A DNA stretch of 64,000 nt from Azolla caroliniana (lineage: Eukaryota; Plantae; Polypodiophyta): assembly GCA_043228905.1 (NCBI GenBank), contig JBHGNT010000014.1, positions 10,416,001 through 10,480,000 of the forward strand, in the 5' to 3' direction. Under the pieces are notes generated by a model. It made no database searches. It was not told where the DNA came from and was given only the letters and a program-made list of their open reading frames with translations. Made by a program: the position numbers and the translations under genes. This document shows, piece by piece, positions 52,676 through 64,000 of this stretch (positions within the stretch are counted from its first letter, which is position 1; each line of letters begins with the position of its first letter).

Positions 52676-53911
52676 TCTTTATTACCAAGTATTGAGAAAC
52701 ATAACTTTGTGCAAGATTTACGTAGTTCAATAGCTTAGTTGGCTAGAGTGTATGGTTGTTACACATAAGGTCCATTATGGCCATGTACTTGAACCTATCA
52801 ATATGAACTACATAAAAAACCACATGAATATATGTTGATTGTTTTATAATATAGGTATGTCATTAAAGCAAAGATGAGAATACAAACCATATTATCTCAT
52901 ATATTTCACTAGAAGTTAGATAACAAGATACACGCGCTAAAAAAGAAAGACGGGTATACCATGCACTCAATCCTCAACAAGAACTTCAAGAGGACGTAAA
53001 AATCGATTGACCTATAGAAGCGTTCCGGCTCGACAAATTGTAACGAGAGAATGGTTTAGTAAAATTGGATTCACGGATAAGAAAACAAGGTCTCTTTGAA
53101 GATTGAAATACGATGCATATATAATACACTAAAAAAATGCCTCAAACTAAATAATTTGGATAAATCAATTAAAAGTACATGGGGACTTGCACTCGATAGC
53201 TATTTCTTTATTCGACGGGAACCAACCACTGACTCACAACGAACTCCGGTGCGACCAACATCATCCACAATTACACGCATGGTCACCACTTCATCTTCGA
53301 CTTGGTAATGACCATATTGATGGAAACGGAAACGGAAACCATCATACATACCCGTTCTCCCCCTCCGATGTCAGGCTTCGGGCTGTCTATGACAGCCGAC
53401 CTATAGATCTACAACCCCCCTCCATGGCATGATGCACGGGACTGCACAAGGCAACCGGCATGGATACATGCCCCTCTCCTCCCAACCCCACGCATGTATT
53501 ATGAAGAAAATTGTGTCTCCCACCACGTAACCCTAATCTTCCCTACTCCTCTCTCCCCCCACGTAGCCTATGTGTACAAACAACGCCCTCCTCCTCCTCC
53601 TCCTCCCCCCCCTCTCTCTCTTCTCTCACTCGTTCCCCCATCCTCCTCCTCCTACCCCCTTTTTACTTTCTCAATATTACATGGATACCCCCTCCCCCTT
53701 TTTGTGTAATTCTTACTCTACCCACCCCCCTTATTTTGAAGAATTCCATTCCAAACCCCACAATTTTCTTCCATTTATCACTCTACACCTCCCCCATTAT
53801 CATCTAATTTTCATAATGCCCTTCCGACCTTTTTCAAATCCTTACCCTAATCATACCCCTTTAATTAGCCTACATCACTCTAATTATACTTATCATTCCC
53901 TCAACACATCC

Positions 53912-54011
53912 NNNNNNNNNNNNNNNNNNNNNNNNNNNNNNNNNNNNNNNNNNNNNNNNNNNNNNNNNNNNNNNNNNNNNNNNNNNNNNNNNNNNNNNNN
54001 NNNNNNNNNNN
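53912..54011. other. Assembly gap (100 N)
   Basis: Run of N. Contiguity across it is not guaranteed. Confidence 1.
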
Positions 54012-56534
54012 GGTGACATCAGCGAAGACCCACCAAGGCGCGACACAAGCATTCGTAGACTTCGAGCATCATTTTTCTCAATTGTCGGAGCGGGAACAAA
54101 GATTGGTGGGGGTCGATAAGGTCCTTATGTTCGTGAAGTCAATCGATCGAATGGAAAGGATGGCGATCGGCCTCAAACTCGAAGAAGATGATGGTGCAAA
54201 TGGCCTCATCGAGGATTGGAGCAAAGTGGAAAGTGTATGCCGACTACACGATAAGGGGCAAGCGAGAATATCGATGACAACAAGACGGCCCATGAGGGAC
54301 GATCGAAGAGGGACAAGATGCAACAACGCACCACCAACAAAAGAAATGAAGCTTAGAAGGGAGACAAAACCGAGGCGAATGGTGATCGAGGAAGAAGAGA
54401 CCTCCCAACAAATGCGGGTTAATGAAGTGGCCGATACAAAGGCTAAGGTTCAGTATGACAGTACCGAGAGAGAAGGTGCGAAACAAGTCACCTTCTTGTC
54501 TTACAAAGAAACGACGGCGAAGGAGGAGGCCGATGACTCGAGGACGGCGAACGCCACTTCGAGGGAGGATAAATGTTTCGGAACACGCATTGTGTACGAA
54601 ACATCGGGTGATGACGGCACAAGCATGAGAAAAGCTTGCATGATCGAGGGAGAAAAAGTGTTTGAGTCTGAAGAGATTGAGGAGGTAGCCATGACAAACG
54701 ACATCGAGTCGGAGGTGGCTATGGATTGGTCGACGACGGATAGCCATGTCGACACTTTCTTCACGCTTGTTCCAGAGACTTCGGCGGTTGCGCCCATGTG
54801 CCAACGTGAGACCGGAGAGACGGAAGGTGGTGACGGGAAGACGAAGGCCCAACACAAGGAGGAAGAAGATCGAGGAAGAAAGGATATCCCCACACCTATT
54901 CTAGAGACTTCGGCAGTTGTGCACGTGCGCCAACGTGAGACCGGAGAGACGGAATGTGTGGACAAAAAAAGAGGACGACCGGAAGGGCGATGAAGAAGAC
55001 AAGGTAAATGTGCATGAGCGAAGGGATTCCTTCACACCGGTTCCGGAGACTTCGGCAGTCGAGACCGTGTGTCGGCATAAGACCGAAGATAAAGGAGGTG
55101 GCGAAGAGGAGACAATATGGCTCGCGGCGAGCATACATGGAGGGAAGGATATGGCCGACGTGGAGGCCAAGGATGAAGCTGCGGTTGAGTTCGATGGAGA
55201 GGTTGCATGCGGGAAGGAAGGAAGAGTCGAGAACCGGTTGAACCGGAAGACGATCCGGCCGGGATTCCGACCCGAACGAAGGAAGATCCACATGGGAGCC
55301 GATCGACCGGGGCCGACCCGGCCGAAACCTGATTCGGCGAAAATCGATCGGACGATTCCGATCCAAAAGGGGGCCGACCCAGCCAGAATCAATCGGTCGA
55401 GCCCGACCTGGGGAAATGTGAATGCAGACGAAGGCCAACCAAGCCAAGAAGCGATCGGTGGAGACCGATCCGGACAAGGGCAAACCCAGCCTAATCGGAG
55501 ATCGACACGAACGATCTACAATACCCAGTTGAAGACGGTGAGCGTGAGGAGTGGCCAGGAGTCCAATCGAAGGACACGCGCGGTGGACGAAGGAAGAGCG
55601 GTCGTATCGACGACATCGTTCGGTAGATCTACTACAACCGATCGGGGAAGAAGGTGTGAGCGCCGGATATGGTGGATCGGGTGGCTACGGTGGTTCGGTT
55701 GGAAAGATTGCGCATACTCGAAGTGGAAGATGAAGTCGACGAGCGTGCAGAGGAACTCGGTTGATCACCGTTGCCAAAGATCTCACCTCTTCACCTTTCT
55801 CGGCACATACCGGAGGATGTGCGGGTTTGGTGGGGGTGGATGTCGTGACGATTTTCGGCTACGGTGTGAAACCGAGTGAGACGAATAAACCAATGATGTG
55901 CAACATTGCACATGCACTTAGCAAATAAACCTAGCCTAGTGGCACTTGAGTTCATACAGAGGGGTGCAAGCAAGGATTGAACCTTGCACCTCTAACATAC
56001 AAGATAATTGCCTTACCACTAGGACAACTATCATATAGTGTAGATTATATGTATTTCCTTTTCATATACAAATTATAGACGAAACAACCGTAGAAAACCA
56101 TGTGCACAAAACCATGGTTTTAAACCCATGGTTTGTGCATGACATAAGCAAAACCGTGTGCACAAAACCATGGTTTTAGCCCATGGTTTTGTGCATGTCA
56201 CGAGCATGGAAAGACCTATAAAAGCCTCTAGTTGGGCTTGTGTAAGGGGCTCTCAATATGTGATATCACCAACACCATTATCATCAATATAAATTATATT
56301 TGTCTTTATCTTCATATTTTTCTACTTCTCAAGTGTACAAATTTTCTTCTTCTCAAGTAAACCATTTTCATTTAATCTTACATTGATCGTCATCTAGCGT
56401 CGATAATTCCGCGATCATCCTCCCCAGTCCAAGACCCCGGTGGTCGCTCGAGTAGCACACGCACGCGCGAATCTTCGCGACATCATTTACGCGCGAATCT
56501 TCGCGACATCATTTACGCGCGAATCTTCGCGACA
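54012..56534 (+). mobile_element. Non-autonomous gag-only LTR retroelement (TR-GAG-like), 3' part with PPT and LTR 55841-56534
   Basis: Gag-like start (FVDFEHHFSQLSEREQ...LMFVKSID...EDWSKVESVC), then a low-complexity acidic/basic ORF with no pol motifs. Purine tract ggtgggggtgga at 55829-55840. Inverted termini tgtcgtga...tcgcgaca. TATA at ~56217. Confidence 0.65.
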
Positions 56535-58403
56535 ACGGAAAATATAGCAAGTAGGAACAAATGTTCCACTTCCCTCACCTTGCTCAAACTGACCAATCCC
56601 ATCATTTTGCATAAACTGTTGACCATCATTTGGCGATTGCTGAAACTGTCATGAGGCTTTTGGTTTGTAGAATTTTTTATTTTTATACCGATTTTGCTGT
56701 TGCTGATTCATATTCGGTGGTACTGAAAATTCTTGATTTTGTCGAAAATTATTTTGTTGAAAATCTTGATTGTGCTGAAAATTACTTTGTTGGAAAGACT
56801 GATTATTTTGTTGAAAAGATGGATTCAACTGGAATTTATTTTGCTAAAAGGTTTGATTGTTTTGAAAATTATTCTATTGAGCTTGTGGAAAATTATTTTG
56901 TTGGTATCCATTATTGAACAAATTCAGTTTATTGTGGTACCCATTTTCCGGAAAAATTTGTCTTACCGGAGCCGTTGTTTTATTAAGAAAATTATACTCA
57001 CATTGCTTGACCGAATGAAGTTTAGAATGACATATTGTGCAATGTGTTCGCAGACTACACTCAATCGTCGAATGACCGGTATTTAAACAAGTAGTACACT
57101 GAACTGCTTGTCGAAATTGTAACTCCTCCATTGTTGGCAGTGTACGATTTAGTGCTGACATATCCATACTCCGTATATTTATCAGTTGTCGGCCCATAGC
57201 GATTGCTTTATCAATCACTTGCTCGATATTCTGATTCCGGAAATCGAACACCTTTAGTGTTGTTCATAATGGTTCCCGAATTGCTTCAAGGAATACATCC
57301 TTCAATTCATCGTCTGGAATAGGCCTAGAAATTTGCAGTTGCAAATTCTGAAAACGGATCACGAATTGAGACACCGTTTCCTGTTGCTCCTGATACAACG
57401 CATAAAATTGCGCTATCAAGTCTTTTTAAGGTATCTGACGATGAAATAACTGTACAAATTTTTTGTTCAATTGTTCGAATGTTTCGAACCCACGGAGACC
57501 ATTTTGCGCAAACCAATTAGCGGAATAACCCTCCAATGACAAAACAAACTTAGCAATCTTCGACTTATCTTCAGCTGCTGCCGACAGTCTTTGAGTTCCA
57601 TGGTTAATCTTCCATGCTGTCAGAAAATCCCTCACATGCACTTCTGCATCAGCTCCCTCGCAGAACTTTGAGTACGGATAAGGCATATTGTCCTCACTCC
57701 AGATATCGTAAAATGATACCTCTTCCGGCTGATTTTCGTCGGAAGACTGACTATCCGTTAAATCAGGAAGTACCGACCACCTTCTACTTGTTTCGTGTTG
57801 TAAGCCATCAACCGATTCTGTCTCTAGCGTCTTCGTGACAGAACGCGTACGAGGACGTTTACAACTGACTAGTGTATTCGGACTAGACGACATCCATTCT
57901 TCTTGTTCTCTGCTATGTGAAAATGTAACCGGGCATGCCAAAATTATACTGTGTTGTTCAGTTGACACTTACTATTTTGCCGACACAGTATAAGATGAAC
58001 ATTTGTCTTGAACGTTCTATCAAGAAGTTGTGGTTAAACGAATAGATATAATTAGTTGTAAAATTATCCATGATAACAGACACCGAGATCGTCACTTATG
58101 TAATATAGCTTAGACAGAAATAAACAGATGACAAGAAGCGATCCGTACACAGAGATTTCCTAACCAAACTTTATATTACTAAATACAATGATAGATTTTT
58201 ACAATGCCTTCGATTCCTTTTATAGGTAACCCGAAGGTCTTTTCTCATCAAGAAATACTACTGCTTATACTTAACAAGAATTACAAAACTTCATAACTAA
58301 CTATGTCCTATTCGATTATTTGCTAAGTCATCGATCCAACTCTGACTCCGATTCCGTACATCTTTCCGATACCGACACATTCATACTTGTCCAGGTAACA
58401 ACA
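56535..58403 (-). mobile_element. Ty3/gypsy 5' part (gag with Cys/His knuckles; probable LTR ~58071-58403)
   Basis: YPYSKF...AEVHVRDFLTAW...LEGYSANWF and FRQAVQCTTCLNTGH...CTICHSKLH, homologous to 59922-61238. LTR limits are approximate. Confidence 0.8.
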
Positions 58404-58540
58404 TTCGATGCCTACGATCGGTTGGAGGCAAGGAGTACTTCTCCGATGAATTCACCTCCTACCTCCAAAGTGAAGGCATTCGGATAGAATTCTCGTGCCG
58501 ACACACACCCCAACAAAATGGAGTAGCTAAAAGGAAGAAT
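58404..58540 (+). mobile_element. Short Ty1/copia integrase remnant between two gypsy LTRs
   Basis: Translates as RCLRSVGGKEYFSDEFTSYLQSEGIRIEFSCRHTPQQNGVAKRKN. Confidence 0.85.
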
Positions 58541-61500
58541 TGCTAGCCAACCGGCAAGGAGTGGAGGACAATCCAGAATGTGAAAGGGCAAGAATTATCG
58601 GAAGCTGTTATTAGAATAATTAGTAATTAAGTATATTTTGAGAAGTGAACAGACGGACCGGAATCGGTATGCCGATCCGGATCCGGACCGGTTCATATTA
58701 GTGTGTCGGTTGGCACCGTTTTGTATCTAGAGCCGGTGATCTATAAAAAGGCCCGGTTACATTGTAAATGACGACGGATAATTAATAAAGCTCTATTGTC
58801 TTATCTCTGCGTATTGATTACCGTTCTGTGCTAATTACTTCTATCTTACACGTGTATTAAGATTCATGATATGTTGCTTAAGTAGCCGATATAGGTTTGA
58901 TAATCGTCAGTCTAACTCTATCCCACCACAACAGCCTTTGGTGAAGTGTCTTCCGTAGACACCCTATGTTAGGCTATTGTCCGGCCCTTAGGAGTAACAC
59001 AGTTTTTGGCGACCACGATTCCTGCATAAGCGCAGCGAACAGTGGCGGGAATGGATGACTAGACCAACGACCAGACCAGTTACGGATCGAGCAAGGAGAC
59101 TCGTTGAGCGGCTGCGGAAGCGAGAGGCCTTCCAACAGGCGGCGGAAGAGATTCGTTCGGATCAATCATTTTCCAAAGTGATCTGGCGAGTGACCGAGGA
59201 GTCCCTTTGATTACAACAAGATTTCCACCCCGACGAAGGAAGTAGCTTAAGTAGTCTTCCGGAAGCGGAATCCCTTCTGCAGGCATTGGCTGCAGGAGAA
59301 GGCAATTCAGAACCGTTTTCGGCCTTTGGATCGGACTCAGACGGCGAATATAGCGCTCATTCCAATTACTGCAGCAGTCACGACACCCCAGACGGACCGG
59401 CGGACGAGGAATCGGATACGTTATCGAGACCGGAACCAGAATTGACAGAGTTGGAAGCAACAAACTGGCCAAGGACTTAGCAAACCCCGACACCCGAAGC
59501 AAAGGAAGAAAGACCTCCGATAGAGAAGGAGGCGAGACTTCCGACGCCACCGGCCCGCGTTCCAACACCGGACGATGACATGTCGTTTCAATATCCCAAG
59601 TACCGGGATGATCCGGACACAGAGGCCCACGTCTATGCATTTCAATAGACCTCGGATGTGAATCATGTGTCACAACGCTTAACCGCGACCGAAGCAAAAT
59701 GCTCAAATATGGCGTAGTTCGGCATGACCCTGGAAGGGCCCACTGCTAGATGGCGCCTGACGCAAGATCCCACCACCATCACGACGTTTGAGGCATTGAA
59801 AACTGAATTCTTACACTTTTTTCACAAAGAGGTGGATCAATGGGAAATGGTCGACTTATTTTATACCATCCGGTAGGAGCCCACGGAGAACATTCAACAA
59901 TTTCTAAGCTGATTCCAGAGAATGCAGAGCCAACTCAGTCAGGCACCATCGGAGGAAGAGACTAAGGCGATATTCCTAGCAGCACTCCGAGAACCCCTAC
60001 GAACGGTGTGCACAGTCATTGATTTCCACACCAGCTCCGTCAACCAAGTCATAGACCGAGTCAGGGAAATGGAAAAATCCAGCTCATGGCTAACGATGGG
60101 GGCACTCCAACGAACGTTACCAACTGATGAAGACCTCCGATTTCGACAAGCAATTCAATGTACGACTTGCCTGAATGGCGGACACTCGACGTTGGAGTGC
60201 ACCATGCGTTCTCAATGCCTGCTTTGCCATTCCAAAAACCATACAATGGATCGGCAAGCGCCACCGGTTCGACAAATCGAACCACGGAGCAACCTGGAGG
60301 AGGAAGAAGAGCGCTGGTGGCGAGAGGAGCATTACTGGCTGGCACAAGATATCTGGTACAGTGATCGAAGGGACGCTTATGACCACGATAGATATGATGG
60401 ATATGATAGATATCAGAACTATAATGGGGAACGGAATGAGCGATACAACCGGGATCACTCCCCCTATTACAACCCACGAAAGGAGGACTATGGCAAGTAT
60501 GACGACCGGCCCCGAGAGGGTTACCGAAAAAAAAAGCATTTCAACAAAAAACGGAATTTCAATAAAAAAGGGGATCACCAACTGGAGCCCGAAATGGGTA
60601 CACCAAGCACCCAACTGGACCAAGGTCAAGCACTTACTACAGGACCTCAATCGGGTGCCGGAGCGAAAGCAGAATCCAGCAACACCCGGAAGGCTTACTG
60701 CTACTACTACCGACAAGAGGGACACTACAGTAACCAATGTTCGGCGAAAAGCTACGACAAGCGGCCAGTGGTAAACATGGTGGTAGTGGAAGTCGCGGAC
60801 ATACAGCAAGTAACCACGAGGTCAAAAGGAAAAGCAACAGAGTGGGAAACCCAAGAAGCCATCCGGAAGCAAGCCACCGAATGGGTAAAGAAGGCAAATG
60901 AGCGGACTGTGGCAGAATGGGAACAACAAAAGGAGAATCCAGAGGAGCCCACCGGCAATAGCCAGGTGGAAAACCCAACATGGCAGGCGTTGCAAGAATA
61001 CCAAATCACGCTGCCATTAGGTCGGCTATTGCAGTTAGTACCTCGGTTTACAGAAGGACTGAAGACGGGAATGGTTGCGGTCAACACGCCACCGGCTCCA
61101 GCATTCTTTTCTAATCCAGAGGAGGGACCGACGGTAGTGGACACGAGCAGTTCAGCTATCACAGCCATCGTCAAAGGACCAAAGCTACCCGGAACGATTA
61201 TAGACGGAGGCTCCGGCGTGAATGTGATTAGCCTCTGAACTTGTAATACCCTAGGAATCCAAGACTGGGAGTAGTGCCCGTTTTGGCTCCGAATGGCAGA
61301 CACAAGTTCAGTAAGACCTACCAGATTGATATGAGATTTGGAAGTGACTATCGGGGGTCACGCATTCCACATTTCGGCAGTAGTCCTTCAGCTCAATGCA
61401 TACCCACTGTTGCTGGGTCGCCCATGGCTAAAAACAACGCACATCAAGCAAATTTGGCAGAAAAACATAATTACTTTCCGGTGCGGCAAAGCGAAAGTAC

Positions 61501-64000
61501 GAGTACCTACACAACCACGTTCGAGTACCGACAAGGAGCTGACACCGCTGTATGCAGAATGTGTCAACATGCTTGAAGGATTGGATGATGAAGAGGTCGA
61601 TCAGTACTTATAAGAGAATCCGAAAATTGTACCTTTATTTGAAATTGATGTCGCCGAAGCAGTGGCACCATATATAATGCAACCGGAGGATGTCGATGAA
61701 GAACTGGATAAAGAAGCCATCAGAGAATTATGGCAAGCGTAGGAAGCTTTGGAGAAGGAATTGGTAGTATCTCAACGCGTAAAAGCCTCTCAACTGGAAG
61801 AGGTAAACCTAGGCCCCACAGAAGACGCAAGACCGGTTCACATCGCCAAAGAAATGAATCCAGAAAGGAAGACGGAAATGATCACCTTATTAAAGGAGTT
61901 CCGGGACGTGTTCACATAGTCTTACGAGGACATGCGGGGGCTAGATCCTCAGTTGTATCAACACCAGATACATCTGAGTATGGATGCCAAGCCGGTGGCG
62001 CAACAACGCTACTGGATGAACCCCAAATATGCAGCAAAAGTTAAGGATGAAATCGACAAATTGTTACGGGTAGGGTTCATCCGACCGGCCAAGAAGGCGA
62101 CCTGGCTGAGTCCGATAGTCATGTACCGAAAAAGAACGGAAAAATTAGGATATGTGTCGACTACCAAAAGTTGAATGCGGCAACGGTAACTGACGCCTTC
62201 CCACTCCCTTCTACAGATGGAGTCTTGGATGCGGTAGCCGGTCACGAAGTTTATAGTGTTAGGCGGCAGGTCCCTTTGGATGGGAAGTAAGAAGAACCGT
62301 GTTGATGAGAAACTTGGCCAACGCCGATAGGCCGAGGCCGAAACCAGAAATCGTGGAGATAGCCAACACGGAAGGGCGAAACTTGTAAATAGTCGGAAGG
62401 TTACATTGGTATATAAGTACTTAGGGCAATCATGTTATGTGTGTGTATTATTTTAAAGTTACTGTTGTCGAGGTTGTGGTCTCTGTAACGGTGAGAGTGA
62501 AGGAGTGTGAGTGGAAGCGTGTGAGCTCCATAGCCGCCTGTTGGCGAAGCAGGATCTCGAGGTCGTTGCCTCTGAGATTTCTGATTGTATTTCTTTCTCT
62601 CATAGTGTTTTGTTTCGAAGTTTGTGGACTCCACGTGGTTTTATTCCCAGTTTGGGTTTCCACGTTAAAATTTGTGTCATTCTCAGTTTCTGTATTCTGA
62701 TTTTCCTCTCCATTAGATTGACTATTATTCTGCACACGCGAACCGGTTGTGGCCGGCAACGATTTTAACTACATATAGTTTCCTAGACGGATTCAACAGC
62801 TACAATCAGATCCAGATGCACCCCGATGACCAAGACAAAACCGCTTTTGTTACCGAATGGGGAGTATTTGTCATCGTAGTCATGATGTTCGGACTTAAAA
62901 CGGCGCCGGGAACCTTCCAGCGGATAATCATGGAGATTTTCGGAGAATTTATTCCAACATTCATGCAGGTGTTCCTAGACGATTTCGCCGTGTACAGCCA
63001 GGAAGGGGAACACCTCCAATACCTTTGACTATGTCTTGAGAAATGTAGGGTTTACCGGTTAAGCCTTAACCCGGTGAAATGCGTGTTCGGTGTGTCAAGC
63101 GGTGCATTACTAGGCCACATTGTTAGCAAGGACGGTATTGCCGTAGACCCGGACAAGGTCAAAGCAATTTTGGAGGCACCGGCACCCACCACGGCGAAAG
63201 CATTGAGTTGGTTCCTAGGACAAATCCGGTGGCATAGCCGGAGGCTCCGGTATCTGGCAGACCTGGCCACACCATTGCATGCGGCGGTGCACCGAACACT
63301 GTTTCAATGGACGGACACAGACGAGCAAGTGTACTCGGCACTAAAAGTACTAGTATCACAAGCACCGGTGGTGCAACCCCCGGATTGGTCTAAAGAATTC
63401 CACGTATTTGTAGACGCATCTGACATAGCAATTGGGAGCGCATTAATGCAGCTTACCGAACCGAAGTGGTACTGGCCCGTGTATTATGCCAGCCGGAAGC
63501 TGTCCCAGGCGGAACGTAATTACTCAACAATGGAAAGAGAAGCCTTGGGCATGATCTACAACGTCACCAAGTTCCGACACTATCTATTGGGGAGGAAATT
63601 TTCCTTTCATGTAGACCATTCGGAGCTACTTTACTTGGTTTCGAAAGCATCACTCACGAGTAAGCTGGCCCGGTGGATGTTATTATTACAGGAATTTGAG
63701 TTCAAGATATTTTACCGGCCAAGCATACAACATGCGGTTGCGGATTATTTGAGCCAGTTAGACTCCTGTGAAACCGGTGACGGAGTCCCAGATGAGTTTC
63801 CGGATGCAGAGTTGTTTAGGGTCACAACAGAAACAACAATAGATGGTACGGTCGCCGAGGAGGACAAGTGGCTCACTAACATGGACCAATTCCTGAGCAC
63901 CGAATTACCTTCAGAGGAGATGAATAGAGACGAACGGAAACGATTAGCAGTACAAAGTCGGCACTTCTACCTAGTGCAGGACACACTGTACCATAAAGGC
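58541..64000 (+). mobile_element. Ty3/gypsy element (5' LTR 58541-59001, PBS, gag, protease, RT, RNase H), degenerate, runs off the window
   Basis: PBS tggcgaccac at ~59007 (complementary to the 3' end of plant tRNA-Arg(TCG) as recalled). CCHC-like motif, IIDGGSGVNVI, YSFLDGFNSYNQI, FLDDF, FHVFVDASDIAIG. Domain order PR-RT-RH. Confidence 0.92.
62257..62773 (+). mobile_element. Solo LTR (copia A-related, 517 bp) with TSD tatag inserted in the gypsy RT
   Basis: TG...CA. tatag at 62252-62256 and 62774-62778. Removing it restores AGHEVYSFLDG. Confidence 0.95.

Larger units (their letters stand above)
39730..53215. repeat. Higher-order repeat array built from tRNA-Asn and tRNA-Thr pseudogenes plus conserved AT-rich spacers (array DNA: 39730-45937, 46763-47004, 52676-53215)
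   Basis: Recurring spacer blocks (tacttgaacctatcaatatgaactacata; gagaatacaaaccac; aagattgaaatacgatgcatata; tacaaggggccttgcact). Periods of ~1.87 kb (42293/44165) and ~5.29 kb (39731/45020, 40521/45810). Confidence 0.92.

Noticed and set aside
53490-53911. Pro/Leu-rich ORFs
   Set aside because: C/T-rich low-complexity sequence next to the gap; possibly low quality.

Overview
Eukaryotic, TE-dense land-plant genomic DNA (GT-AG introns, plant-type tRNA sequences, Ty1/copia, Ty3/gypsy and LINE elements; a large-genome plant is inferred). It contains one 100-N assembly gap. The only apparently intact host coding sequence is the last two exons of a mitochondrial-type Lon protease (8826-9341, 9656-9877). 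Upstream of these lies at least 8.8 kb of nested TEs, probably intronic. Orphan intron-containing exons of a group-D MAP kinase lie on the minus strand (~18190-18630). The rest is nested retroelements (at least three copia families, including one complete element with TSD at 47005-52675; gypsy fragments; solo LTRs with TSDs; four LINE remnants), a hAT/MITE-like element and several tandem repeats. The most unusual structure is a ~7 kb higher-order repeat array (39730-53215, interrupted by two insertions). It is built from about 12 decayed tRNA-Asn(GTT) copies and 2 divergently oriented tRNA-Thr(AGT) copies, and none of it is visible in the ORF track. Also notable: a gag-only LTR element whose LTR carries an antisense tRNA-like Pol III module and cruciform repeats; a copia family with two PPTs and a long post-RNase H coding extension; and a truncated copia ending in an internal CA yet bounded by a perfect TSD.
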